Origin: a virus
Lineage: Duplodnaviria > Caudoviricetes
Direction: 5' to 3' (one strand)
Virus record (IMG/VR): IMGVR_UViG_3300032038_000025
Coordinates: 1 to 64,000 of that record
DNA: 64,000 nucleotides
The position numbers were made by a program, and so were the translations under genes. The notes below the pieces were generated by a model. It did no database searches, was not told where the DNA came from, and saw nothing but the letters and a program-made list of their open reading frames with translations. Shown here one piece after another: positions 18,606 to 31,973 of this stretch (its first letter is position 1; the number at the start of each line of letters is the position of its first letter).

Positions 18606-18693
18606 TAGATACTAACAGCAATTTAATTTAACATTATTTAATTTTTAAATCTTGATGTAAAGAATAAAAACTTAAATTTTTAAAGGTATCTAG
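18606..18693 (+). ncRNA. stem-ACAGCAA module 6
   Basis: TAGATACT-A-ACAGCAA ... GGTATCTAG. Confidence 0.55.
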
Positions 18694-18920
18694 TTTAAAA
18701 TTTTAAAAGATTTCAAGTATGGTTTTTCGCAATCACACTTATTTTCACTCCCTTTCTTTTGATTTTGGACTAGTCAATTTTGGCTAGTCCGTTTTTTTAT
18801 GAGTCAATAGCCAAATGGTAAGGATGTTAAGAGCAAAATTAAAAAACTTTGGTCCGATTTTAATAATTCTTTTCTTATAATTTTTATTAATAGTAGAAAG
18901 ATAAGAAAGGAGAATTTCAA

Positions 18921-19664
18921 ATGATTGGAATTTATAAAATTACAAATAAAATTAATGGATTAAGTTATATTGGACAAAGTGTTCATATTGAAAGACGTTT
19001 TATTGAACATTGTCTGCCATCAAAAACGTCAAAAATCTCTTGTGCAATTCAAGAATATGGAAAAGATAATTTTGATTTTTCTGTATTAGAAGAATGTTCT
19101 CAAAAGTAGTTAAATGATAGAGAACAATATTGGATTCAATATTTTAATACTATTGTACCTTATGGCTATAATGTAGCAGAAACTAATAGTGCTACTAATC
19201 ATACTGTTTATTACTATTATAATAAAGAACAGTTACAATCTATTTTAAAAGATTTATAGAATAATCAATATACATTAAAAGATATTGCGAAAAAATATAA
19301 TTTAAATATTAGTACCATTTCAAGAATTAATAAAGGTTTAATTCATTGGCAGCCTAATATTCAATATCCAATTAAAGATACTAATCGAAAGAATTTACCT
19401 AAAAAATATTGTATAGATTGTGGAATTGAAATTTCTTATACAGCAACTCGTTGTAATAAATGTGCTGCTAAACAAAGAACTATTGAAAAACCTATTAATC
19501 GAGAAGAATTAAAAAAATTAATTAGAAATACCCCTTTTACAACAATAGGAAAGCAATTTAATGTAACAGATAACGCAATACGAAAATGGTGTAAAAGTTA
19601 TAATCTTCCAACCACAAAAAAAGAAATTAAACAATATACTGAAAAAGAGTGGGAACAAATTTAA
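18921..19664 (+). CDS. free-standing GIY-YIG homing endonuclease (2 in-frame TAG)
   Basis: GIYKITNKING.SYIGQS..IERR; LNDREQYWI; Zn ribbon and HTH; 247 aa with read-through. Confidence 0.85.
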
Positions 19665-19673
19665 ATGCCACTT

Positions 19674-19758
19674 GAGGAAGTGACCGAGCTGGTTAAGGAG
19701 TTGGTCTGCAAAACCAATACAGTAGAAATACTCATGGGTTCAAATCCCATCTTCCTCT
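19674..19758 (+). tRNA. tRNA-Cys(GCA) with long variable arm
   Basis: TTGGT-CTGCAAA-ACCAA; AGTA-GAAA-TACT variable hairpin; U73. Confidence 0.8.
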
Positions 19759-19858
19759 TTGTTGATTTTAAATAAAAATTTTGATATAATATATATATAA
19801 GGTTATGAAAGATAACCTCAAACAAAAGTTTGAAAGAGATAAAAGGAGAAAAAATACT

Positions 19859-21388
19859 ATGAATACTTTTCTTAATCAGATGACCAAGGATAACAATATC
19901 ACTCGTACAGAAAATGGCGGCATTACCCGCAAGAGTACAGAATCTAAGGTACTTGATATGTTCGGAATGGGCGGTGCATATAGAAGTCGTTCTGATGCAG
20001 ATGTTATTCTTCTTTTTAAGAATGCATTTGAGGAAGATCGCCTTCTAGCTATGAAGTGTCTATTCTATCTGAGAGACATTCGCGGCGGCCAGGGTGAGAG
20101 GCGCTTCTTTAGAACCGCTTTTCGTTGGCTTTGTAACGAATATCCGCAGGTTGCTAAGGCAAATCTTGAGAATGTCAGTGAATATGGTCGTTGGGATGAT
20201 CTGATCTACGTTGCTGAAGGCACTCAGGTGCAGACCGCCGCATTTAATATTATCAAGCGTCAGCTGGCTCTTGATATCCAGTGTAAAACTCCGTCTCTTC
20301 TTGCAAAATGGATGCCTTCTCAGAATGCTTCTAATGCAGATACTAAAAGACTTGGGCATATTCTGGCAAATTTCTTAGGAATGACTAGCCGCGAGTATCG
20401 CAAGACTCTTTCTACTCTGCGTGAGCGTATTAATGTTCTTGAGAGACTGATGAGCGCAAACCGCTGGGATGAGATTGAGTTTGATAAGATTCCTTCTAAG
20501 GCAGGACTTATTTATCGTAATGCTTTTGCAAGACGAGATATTCTTGCTAAGAAGTATGAAACCTTTGCTAAGAGCAAGAGTACTGAAGTAAATGCAGATG
20601 CGCTGTATCCGCATGATATTGCCCACAGAGCATTTAAAATGTCTGTTAGTCTTGAAGATCCAACTCGTCTTATGCTTCAAAAGTATTGGGATAATCTCAA
20701 AGACTTTTATTGCGGTAGAGAGGAAAATGGTATTGCGGTTATTGATGTGTCTGGCTCTATGAGCGGAGTTCCGATGGAGGCCGCAGTTTCTATGGGAGCT
20801 TATATTGCAGATAAGGCACATGGTCCATTTGCAAATCATTTTATTACTTTTTCTGCTCACCCGCAGCTGGTGAAGTTTGAGGGAGTAGATATTGTTGATA
20901 AATTTAAGCGTTGTGTTCGTGCGGATTGGGGTATGAATACAAATGTGCAGGCAGTGTTTAATATGCTTTTAAATACTGCTAGGAGACAGGGCGTAAAGGC
21001 TGAAGATATGCCGACCAGAATTTATATCTTCTCTGATATGGAGTTTGATGAGTGTGTGTCTTTTGATCGCACCTCTTCTAATCGTTCTTATGATGATTAT
21101 TGGAACGGAAGATGGGATTCTTATCATACTATTAACTCTATTGACGAGGCAAACTCTGACCTTGAGAAGATCAAGTCAGAATGGGCGCATTATGGATATC
21201 AGATGCCTCAGATTATCTTTTGGAATCTTAATGCCAGAAATAATCGGATTCCTGCGATCGGCGATGGATTCAGCTATGTAAGCGGATTCTCCCCTTCCAT
21301 GATTGATTGCATCCTGAGCGGCAAGGATGGTTGGGATCTGATGGTTGAAAAGCTCATGTCTGAGCGCTATAAGGCGGTTACCGCATAA
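19859..21388 (+). CDS. DUF2828-family protein (TROVE/Ro60-like N-terminus plus vWA domain)
   Basis: TENG, RDIRGGQGERR, YGRWDD, AKWMP, MIDAS DVSGSM, FSDMEFD and FWNL motifs. Confidence 0.85.
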   Translation: MNTFLNQMTKDNNITRTENGGITRKSTESKVLDMFGMGGAYRSRSDADVILLFKNAFEEDRLLAMKCLFYLRDIRGGQGERRFFRTAFRWLCNEYPQVAKANLENVSEYGRWDDLIYVAEGTQVQTAAFNIIKRQLALDIQCKTPSLLAKWMPSQNASNADTKRLGHILANFLGMTSREYRKTLSTLRERINVLERLMSANRWDEIEFDKIPSKAGLIYRNAFARRDILAKKYETFAKSKSTEVNADALYPHDIAHRAFKMSVSLEDPTRLMLQKYWDNLKDFYCGREENGIAVIDVSGSMSGVPMEAAVSMGAYIADKAHGPFANHFITFSAHPQLVKFEGVDIVDKFKRCVRADWGMNTNVQAVFNMLLNTARRQGVKAEDMPTRIYIFSDMEFDECVSFDRTSSNRSYDDYWNGRWDSYHTINSIDEANSDLEKIKSEWAHYGYQMPQIIFWNLNARNNRIPAIGDGFSYVSGFSPSMIDCILSGKDGWDLMVEKLMSERYKAVTA

Positions 21389-21400
21389 TTCATATATATA

Positions 21401-21430
21401 GGGTGTGCAAAAAGCACACCCTATTTTTTT
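21401..21430 (+). terminator. Rho-independent terminator
   Basis: GGGTGTGC-AAAAA-GCACACCC followed by a T run. Confidence 0.85.
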
Positions 21431-21529
21431 GTTAAATAATTTGGTCAAAAATAAATAATTCTTCTATTGAATTTTTAATATATATTTAGATATAATAAAG
21501 TTTTAATGGAGACAAAAGGAGGAAAACAA

Positions 21530-24500
21530 ATGGCGTTAGTATCAAATTTATATCCGCCAATAGTTCAAGATACAAGTGTTGTTTTTTCTAAAAATACACC
21601 CTGTAGAATTTATTTTTAGTTATCTCCATATAATTCAGCTGATGATATAAAAAATGTACAAATTTCTTTAACAAATTTACGTACCAATGCTTCTGGTTTC
21701 AATAGTGATATTGTATAGAAATCTTCTGGAATAAAAATAGTTGGAATGAAAGATTAGGACTCTTCTTCTAGACATTATATTGAAATATTTCCGGCGGATA
21801 TGGCAAATGGCCAATTTGAAACAGGACAATTTTATAAAGTTCAGTTAAGATTTACGCATACTAGCGCGAAAGATATAGGAGATTTTATAAAACAATCAAG
21901 TAGCGATGAAGATAGCGATGAAAATAATTCTATAAAAAAATTAAAAAATGCTATATAGATAGTTTAGAATCTTGTAAATGAATATGAATATAAAGATGAA
22001 GAAACTATTAATAAATTAATAAATGAAATTAATGCAATAAATATTTCATCAAGAGAAAATGAAATAAATACAAAAGATATTGCTAATTGGCTATATAATC
22101 AAAGAGATTATTTTTCTTAGTGGTCTAAAATTATTTTAATAAAAGGTATAGATCCGCCGAGTATTTCGTTAAAATCTTTTAATGAAGTATAGAGTTTTTC
22201 TGGAAAAATTATGTTAACTCAACCTACTGTTAATATTGTTGGAAAAGTAAATTTTTCACAAAATAAGACAGATTCATTAAAAAGTTATAATATAAAACTT
22301 TATGATAAAGAGTCAAATGCTCTTTTATATCGAACAGAAGAAATATATCCTATTTCACCAGGTTCTAATGAGATTAATTATGAATTAATATATGATTTTT
22401 AGGATGCAGTTGATTATACTTTTAAATTAACATACACTACATTAGATGGATATACAAATTCAATTAGTAGGGATTTTTATATTATTCAAACCGAAGCGTT
22501 AACAGATAAAGTACCCGCAGATATAAATATTTTTGAAGATTCGGATAATGGAAGAATAAAAGTTAAAATTACCGCAAATACTGAAGATACTTTTTTAGGT
22601 AATATAGTCATTAGAAGAACTTCTTCTTAGTCTTAGTTTCATAAATGGGAAGATGTTCGTATTATTTCATATGCAGAATTTAGTAAAATTGATATTACTT
22701 GGTATGATAAAACTGTTAAAAGCGGCGTTTGGTATAAATATGGAATGCAAAAAGAAAACTCAACAGGATTTAGAGGAACTTTTACACAAGTAAAATAGCC
22801 AGTAATGTGTCTTTTTGATGACATATTTTTAATAAGAAAAAATGCTCAATTAAGAATAAATTTAAATCCATCTCTTAATGAATTTAAATATAATGTAATG
22901 GAATCTCAACAAAATCCATTAGGTTCAAAATTTCCTTTTATAAAAAGAAATTCTTCTAATTTTTTTAGAACATTCCCTATTGGAGGATTAATTAGTTCTT
23001 TTATGGATACTACAGATTGGTATGATCCTCATTTTTAGATTGGAATAAATAATAAAGGCGAAGAATAGGGTGTTTTTTATAATAATAAAAATTAGTTAAA
23101 ACTTTTTACATCAAAAGAAAAAATATATAAAAATTCTAAAGATTTATATAAACAATATAATAATGATAATAATATTAATTAGTATCAAGATTATATATAT
23201 GAAAGAGAATTTAGACAAAAGGTTTATGATTTTTTATATGCAAATGATGTAAAATTATTTAAATCTACAACAGAAGGAAATATTCTTATTAAATTAATGA
23301 ATATTGACTTTCAACCAATGGAGGCTTTAGGGCGGCGACTTTATTCATTTACCGCAACCGCTGTATAGATAGATGAATCTACTATTTTAAATTTTGATAA
23401 ATATGACATTCAAACAATTGGAACAGCCATCCAAGAAATTGGTTTTGATTATGATGTTTTAGGACAAATTGATGGAATTTTTAAGCCAAAAGATAATGGT
23501 AATGGTGCATCTGTTCCAGATAATATTATGCCATATATTCAACAAAAACAAAAAAATAGTCGTCAACAGTAGGGTTATATAGATGAACTTCAAAAACTAA
23601 AATGGGTAAGAATTGAAATTACATCTCCTCCATACGTTATTGTTAATGATGCTTCATTGGGATTAAGAAAAGCTAATCAAAATGATAATTTAGAAAATGC
23701 TATGATGGGATATTTAGTTATAATAAACGGAAATACAGTTATAATTCCTCCATCTGAATAGCGGCGAGATAATAATCTTCTTGAACCAAAAAATAATCCT
23801 ATTGAAGATATTTATATTTAGCATATAGGTTTTTTTGAATTAAAAGGAGATAATATTGCAGTTACTAGTTTAGCTTTCCCATAGGAAACTGAAGTAAGAA
23901 TAGATTATCTTGCTAATTTCATGTAGAAATAGGATGTTTCAAAGCAAATTAAAGGTGCTTATTATGACTATAGAGCTGGACAGCTTTATGATATATTTTA
24001 TCCTACCGATTCTGTTTTTAGAATAATTTCTAATAAATATTTGTTAGATTATGCAGATTACTATCAGAGATTAATTAATATTTCTGGAGTTGGACTTTCT
24101 GGCCCGCCTAAAACAACAGTATATGTAAGAGATTCTAAGGACAGTTCTTTTAATCGTCATATTTTAGAAAATGGATTTCTTCAATTAATAGATGAAGAAG
24201 CTAGCATTAATGGATTATATTTTTGCGGCGTTCATTTATAGCAATGTACGGATCCATTGTAGACCAAAAAAATAAATGGTCTTACTGATTTTAATTTTAT
24301 TGAAGGAACTTATTCTAATTTAAATGATATAATAAATCCTGCTAATGGCAATATCTATTAGATTGAAAAATGGGTAACAGAATAGGCGGCTGTTCAACCT
24401 TAGGCATGGATGGAAGATAATGTAATTCTAGTAGCAGAATTTAGTGAAACAGAAAGCCAAACATATAATTATACTTTATATCCAGAGTATTCTATTATAG

Positions 24501-25006
24501 ATCCTAAAAATTTATATACTTTATTATTAGATAGATATAAGTATAATTATAAGGTATATTTTGCTTATTATTATGGATGTTGGTACCTACTTCCCGCAAC
24601 AAGTCCTAATTAGGCAATAAGTGATGAAATAATAGATCAATTTTTAGAACAATTTAGACATGATATTAGATATTTAAGATAGGATGAATATATTATAACA
24701 GGTCAAAGTGCAGATACCTTTGAAGAAATAACAGATCCAATCCCAAATGGTGTATATACGATAGCTGCCGCGACAAATGATGAAGGTAGGTCTACTCTTA
24801 AAGGTACGAAAGAATATCTTATTAATACAGAATCTAAATATTCAAATAATATATTACAGGCTCTTATCAAAAATTCTAATAATAGATGTATTTATTATAA
24901 AGGTCAATGGTGCCATTTTACATCGGAAAATGATGTACTTTGTCCAGTTGAAGCCATTGTAGACTACTATTGTGAAATTGAAAAAGGAGTTTATAATAAT
25001 GGCTAA
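21530..25006 (+). CDS. large virion tail/baseplate protein (TAG read-through, about 1158 aa)
   Basis: GGAGG RBS; track fragments at 22211, 22805, 24041 and 24410 share its frame; LYPP, FS*WS and YEREF motifs. Confidence 0.75.
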
Positions 25007-27056
25007 TAATTTTCCATATTTAAAAGATTCTACTTTTTTAAAAAAATTTGATAGAATAAAATTAAAAGAACAACTTGTAAAATTAGTTGTTTTAGATTTT
25101 AAAACATAGACTCCCATCCAAGAAATTCAAGGTAAGGTTCTTGGAGGGAGCTTTACTTTTGATGGGTCTTCCGCGATGAGAAGAACTGGTAATGTTACTT
25201 TAGTAGCAAGTGATACAGAGAATAATTTAAGTAATGTTAATTATTTATTATCTATAAATAAAAAGATAGAAGTGTTAATTGGTTTTGTAAATACTACAAA
25301 TTAGTATTTAGACTATCCAGTTTTATGGTTTCCAATGGGAATTTATGTAATAGTAAATTCTAGTATTGCACATGGCTCTGGAGGAATAACTATTACATTA
25401 ACTCTACATGATAAAATGGCTTTATTAAATGGAGAATGCGGCGGCACCCTTCCCGCATCTGTTATTTTTAGTTAGGTTGAAGAGATAGACGAAGAAGGAA
25501 ATACTTATATAAGTAATCCAACTATTTATCAAATAATTCAATAGTTAGTTAATCATTTTGGCGAAGAACAGCTAGGAAAAATTATTATTAGTGATCTTGA
25601 TAATCAAATTAAAAAGGTTATGAAATGGACTGGCGGCAGCCCGCTGTATCGCTACAGTGGAGTAAATAAAGATGGTCAAATATCTTATAGTTTAACCACA
25701 AATTATAAAGATTTAAAAGATGAAAATAATAATCAATTAGATGTCTCTGAAATACAAAGTTATACATATGGAGATGATGTTGGTTATATTTTAACTGATT
25801 TTATATATCCTGGATAGTTACTTGGTAATGCGGGCGATTCTATTGTTACAATATTAGATCAAATTAAAAATACTTTAGGTAATTATTAGTATTTTTATGA
25901 TAGATAGGGAAATTTTCATTTTCAAGAAATAAAAAATTATTTAAATAATTCTTTTACAACTAGTATAATAAATGAAATAAAGTCATAGGATTATTCAATA
26001 AATTATAGTAGAGAAAAAAATGTATATTCATTTGATGATGCTAATTTAATTTTGTCATATACTAATACCCCACAATACCAGCAAATTAAAAATGATTTTG
26101 TTATTTGGGGAAAAAGAAAATCAATAGAAGGAAAAGAAATTCCTATTCGTTATCATTTAGCTATTGATGATAAACCGAAAGATGGAAATATATATTAGTG
26201 CTTTTTTTATGAAGATCCAGATGATGGTTTAATTAAAGCCAAAAAACCATTAATGTTTTCTTCTTTTGATAATCTACCTAAAAAAGGTTAGGCTGATATT
26301 TATTACTGCGTTTCTGACAATGATAATCAAGAGAAGAAAATATATAAATGGATTCCAGAGGCGGCAGCCTATCAATTAACTAATTATAAATTAAAAACTA
26401 TTATAACTTCAGACTATAGAACTGAATTATATTTTTCTGGAGTGGATAAATAGCCATTTGGATTAGATAGCAATTATTATTTCACTTAGTTAAAAAATGA
26501 ATGGCCTAAGATATATAATATTGAAACTGGCGAATTTAAAAATGCAAATAAAAATGCAGCAAACAATCTTGATTATTATTTAGATTTAATAGATTCATCT
26601 GCCGCAATATCAGAATTTAGTGTAAATAATATAGGAAGAAGAACTGCAACTATTGTAGATGATAAAATTAATTGTATTTTTGAACCAGAAATTCCTAATC
26701 TTATTTTAATTGAAGCTGGGGCAGAAAATGCAAATATAATTAAAAATTGGTGTAACAAACAAGGTCAAGATTGGATTCAAGTTAAGAGTGAAGTTTATTC
26801 TTTATTATTAACAGGAGGAACAATGCGATCTGCTTATGAATAGATTAGAAGATAGTTATATCAATACACATGTTATAATGAACAAGTATCAATAACAACT
26901 TTACCTATATATTATTTAGAACCAAATACAAGAATTTCAATTACAAATAATTAGATAGGAATTAATGGAGATTATATTATAAAATCTTTAACAATTCCCT
27001 TAGATATAAATGGAACTATGAGTATCTCTTGCTCAAAGGCAATTGATAGATTGTGA
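24999..27056 (+). CDS. tail/baseplate hub-like protein (TAG read-through)
   Basis: Overlaps upstream stop; WFPMGIYV, LGNY*YFYD and LPIYYLEPNTRI motifs; ends TGA. Confidence 0.75.
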
Positions 27057-27073
27057 TAAAAGGAGATAAAATA

Positions 27074-27874
27074 ATGTCATATAATGTTGGCCAATTTAGG
27101 TCTTTTGATATTGATATTGGAAATTATTTAACAGATTTAAATATAACAATTCACCAAGGAAATAATGGACTTACTAAGTCAACTTTTGAGAATGTTTAGT
27201 TTAAAGATGCTTATACTGATAATATAAATTTAATAACTTAGAATAATTATTATTCAAAATTTAAAATAAAAAAGATGCCAAAATCAGAACAAACTATTTA
27301 TTTAAAAGCTAAAAATAGTAATAGAGAACAAATTTTAGGAACTTTTAATATTGCTAATGCATCTAGCGAAAATGAAGAAGAGTTTTCTTTTTTTGAAATA
27401 GTTTTTTCTGTAAATGATAATTATAATCTTTTAGTTTGGTAGCTAGCTAGAACTTTTGAAGATTATGCTGGTTTAACATAGGACATTTTAAATCAAAATG
27501 CCGGACGTATGATTGATGTTGAAGACGCTGGACTTTATATAATAACAGATTTATTAGCTAATACAAATCAGAATCAAACTGGCACGAGTTCTTCACAAGG
27601 ATTTTTAAAACAAAAATTTAGTAATTTACAATATCTTAATAAAATTGGTATTCAAGGTCCGCCGCTAATGCTTATGAGTATCAATAGATAGCAAATAAGA
27701 ATTGGTAAAAATGGAATTTATGAATTAAATAATGGAATAAATGTTACTTCTATTGGATTTGTTCCCAAACAATATGAAGATAAAAAAGATTTTTTTATTA
27801 TGGATTTTGAATATTAGGCAATAAATTCAACAGAAGATGATATAAATAATAATGATGAATAGGAAGGAGAATAA
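27074..27874 (+). CDS. putative structural protein (TAG read-through)
   Basis: GGAG RBS; KIGIQGPP...IGKNGIYEL. Confidence 0.7.
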
Positions 27875-27879
27875 TAAAT

Positions 27880-30800
27880 ATGTACTCTTTTTATGGCGGC
27901 CGGCCTGGTAATTCTTTTGTTATTGTCACCACTTATGAGAGTGTTGATGATATGATAAAAAATTTTGAAAAAGGCCCAGAATATACCGCAGTTCATTATA
28001 ATGAATATGTATTAATAAATACACCAAATAAAAATGATCGAGATAATGGTAAAATCTTTAGACGCGGTTATGATTATAAAAATAAAATGGGTGGAGCTGA
28101 ATAGATTGGTCAAATTGTTGGTCCTGCGGGGCCTGCGCCAAATTTATAGGTTAAATCTATTGAAGACATTGATAATATTCCAGTCCCATAGGGATCAGTA
28201 AAAAGGCCTGCGGGAGATGAAGAAGAACCAGAACAAGTTGGATCTTGGTCAATAAGTAACAATGGTCTTATTCCTGGAAAAGACATTGATAAAAATAATA
28301 ATCTTGTTTATAATGATACCATTAATTGGAAAAGTTTTACAATAAGAAAAAGTGATAATTCAGAATCAACTGCATACATAGGTCTTCAAATCCCCTATCC
28401 TGTAATTGAATTTGAAACATCTTCAATAGAGCCTTATAATCAAGAAAATGAATATAAAGATACATCTAGTATAACTCGAATAGATGATTAGTCTCATCCC
28501 TTTTATGAAAAATGGCATATTAACATTCCAGAAGGAGTAAAAGGAGATTCATTTGAAAATCTTTATATTGCAAAAGATTAGAACGATGGGTTTGATCACT
28601 TATATTATAAAATAAAGAAATATGATGAAAATAAAAGTGGAGTCTCTACAGAACCTGTTGATTTAGGTGCTTTTAATATAATAAAAGATATTTCAATTAA
28701 TGAAGAAGGTACTATAACAATATCTTATACTGGACATACTCAAACAGTTTTTGAAAATGTAATAAAAAGTATAAATGATATTCAATTAAATAATGAAACT
28801 GGAAATTTAACGGTTTCATATAATCATGGAAATAATACCGTTCTTTAGGGAGCAATTAAAAGAATTGATAATATTAGTCTTTCAAGCGATGGTATTATAA
28901 GCGTAAAATACAATACAGAAGAAACGGCTCAAGAAATTAATCCAGACAATGGTATTAAATGGATAAATTAGCTTCAATTAACATCTAATGGAGATATGCT
29001 TGCAACATATAATCAGCCTATTGGAAGAATCTTTGTACAACGAATAGAAGATGAAGAAACTCAAACTTCTTATGAAGAAAGTTTTTACATTCCTCAAAGT
29101 GAAATTTCAGATTATTAGGCTAGAGTTGAAGCAGATACTACAGGAAATATATGGATTGAAGAAACTCCAATTGTAAGAATTTCAACCGAAAAAATTAAAT
29201 GGATTACCAATATGAGAATTGGTAATATGGGAATTCTTTAGGTTCAATATAATACAACTTCAGCCGATGAATGGGAAACATTATATGATTCAAATGATAG
29301 TCCTATTAGTTTAAAATTTGTTATTGATATGGGATTTGATAAATAGGGATATTTAATTGCAACATATAATAAACCGCTTTATTATTTAGATCAAGATGGA
29401 AATATAGTACAAGAAGAGAATATTAATGACCCTCAATATTAGGGCCAAACACTTTAGAAAGTTTACACTGAGAGACTTAGTGAAACTCCATTAAAATGGA
29501 TTACAAATATTACTCAAAATAATACAGATTTAATTATTGAATATAATACTACGCATAAGGTTAATAATGAGACAGAAAATGGATTGGTGGGCGAAGATAT
29601 TTATGAAAATGATTCAAATACTTTTGGAAATGTATTTAATGTTCCAACTGAATTAAAATTAGAAACAGGTGTTTTAAAAGTCCATTGGCGCGAAAAAACT
29701 GATTCAACCGCGGATGATTATTACTAGACCCTTGGTAATGTAGATTCTGTAGAAGATGTTGCATTAGATACTAAAGGCAATTTATTATTTAAATTTGCTT
29801 CTGGCAAAGGAGAAACAGATTATAGTAAAATTAAAGGAGAACCAGAAACAAAATGGCAATATATTGGAACGATTGCTCCAGGGGCATATGGATTTGATTC
29901 TAATTTAATTTAGATAAAAAATCAATATATTTTAGGATATTTAAAAGAAAAAAATTTACATTTTCGCCTTCCTACTTCTTATCTTTTACCAACAAGCATT
30001 ACAGGAGGACAAATTCAAGGCTCAGATGTAATTAAATTTTCTACAGATACTTCTTTAAGTCAAGAATTTTATCCATATAATAAAACATATACAATATAGT
30101 CTAGTATTACAGGAATTAACTTCACTTTCCAAGATGTAATAGAAAATGCTGTTGAAGATATAACTCCAGTTAATGTTTTTGTAAATTGGATGACTGTTGG
30201 ATTATAGATTGAAAAAGGCGGTGATCCAGATGTTTAGATTAATTGGCAAGTAAGATTAGAAGCATTAGAAACATTAGCTCAAAAATTAAATGCTACACTT
30301 TATTCGACTGATTAGGATGGTAATGAAATTAATAAAATAAAAAATTTTTAGACTCAAATAAATGATCTTAATAATCGAACAACCACAACTGAAAATAATT
30401 TAAGTACTATGCAGGGTTATATGGGAACACTTCCTTCTAATTCAACCTTTTCCGCAAGCACCTATGGAGGAACAACTGTTTTAAGTTCTTTAGCTGCACT
30501 TAAAAAACCTGCTAAACGAGTATTAACATTACTAAATGTTAAAAGTGATAAAGGTTATCATCCAAATTTAACAGTTAATGAAATGGAAAGAAATAAACGC
30601 GGAAGATATATGATGACGCCAGGCTGGACAGAAAAAGATGATGATAATGGCAGGGCGTGGAATATGAAAGAAGACTCTCAACAAATTATTTTAACAAAAG
30701 AAGATAGATTATCTCAACAATAGCATGGCTATATTTTAGAATGGCAACAATATAATTATGAAACTAATACAGTATTTAATGCTCAACACATGTTCTCTTT

Positions 30801-31059
30801 TATCCCAAAAGATTTTAGAGCCACTGGCTGGCAGGGCATAGCAATTCCATTAATTGGAGCAAGACAATCATGGGGATTAAAATATATTTATATTAGAGAA
30901 ACAAATGTAGAAGTTTATGAAAGTGCTTCAAGTAATAAAAAATTAACTGTTTCAGCTACACAAATTCATGGTCATTGGGAAAATAATCAAAAAATAACTT
31001 ATAATGGTATTACTTTTTCAAATAAAACCTATGTTTTAACTGCTATTTATGGAGTGTGA
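27880..31059 (+). CDS. putative tail-fibre/baseplate protein (TAG read-through, about 1059 aa)
   Basis: MYSFYGGRPG start; fragments at 30409 and 30790 in frame; internal repeats. Confidence 0.7.
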
Positions 31060-31066
31060 TATATAT

Positions 31067-31402
31067 ATGGGACATGATAATGGATTCTTTGGAAATTTAC
31101 AAGGACCATTTGTTGCAGGCGAATAGTTAATTGATAAAATTCAATAGCAATGTTTAGATGGTTCATTTCATTATATTTCAAAACTTGGTATCCATAGCGT
31201 CAGAAATTTTGATTTAGATATTACTGGAACATATTATCCTCAAACTATTATTATTATTAAAGAATCAACTAATCCAGATAAAAACATCGAATTTATTCTT
31301 GGTAAAACTGGTATGTTATAGTTAGAAGATTGTAAAATAGTATCTATTAAATTTAAAGAAGATACAGATGATAAAGTATATATAGATTATCAATATGAAT
31401 AA
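31067..31402 (+). CDS. small structural protein (TAG read-through)
   Basis: KLGI...LGKTGML*L motif, similar to the 27074 gene. Confidence 0.65.
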
Positions 31403-31484
31403 AATATTTTCAAAATTTTATTATTTTTCTTGACAAAATAAAAAATTTTTATTAAACTAATATCAAGGAAAAGAGGTTTAAATT

Positions 31485-31973
31485 ATGAAAATATTAACAT
31501 TAGATTTATCTACAAAATCATCTGGTTTCGCAATCGGATAGGACGAATCTTTAATATAGCATGGATGCATAACCGCAAGTTCAAAAGATGTGGTTAAACG
31601 TATTATAAAAATGCGGGATTAGTTATCTATTTTAATTAAAAATCATAAAATAGATAAAATTATTATGGAAGAGGTTCGTCCTGATTATAATGCTCATACT
31701 GGTAAAGTTTTAATGTGGTTACAATCTGCCATTGTAATAGCTGCATATTAGATTGATTCTAAAATAGAATGTTAGTTTATTACAGCAAGTCAATGGCGGG
31801 CGGCGCTTAAAATCCGCCAAGGACGAGGGGTAAAACGTGAATACCTCAAGCCGCAAGATATTCAATATGTTCAAGATAAATATAATATACGTGTGAATGA
31901 TGATTAGGCAGATGCCATTTGTTTATTTGATGCCTATTGGATTTTATTTAATAATGAAATGAATTGGGAATAA
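31485..31973 (+). CDS. RuvC-like Holliday junction resolvase (TAG read-through)
   Basis: ILTLDLSTKSSG, IIMEE, SQWR and NDD*ADAI motifs; entirely missing from the ORF track. Confidence 0.85.
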
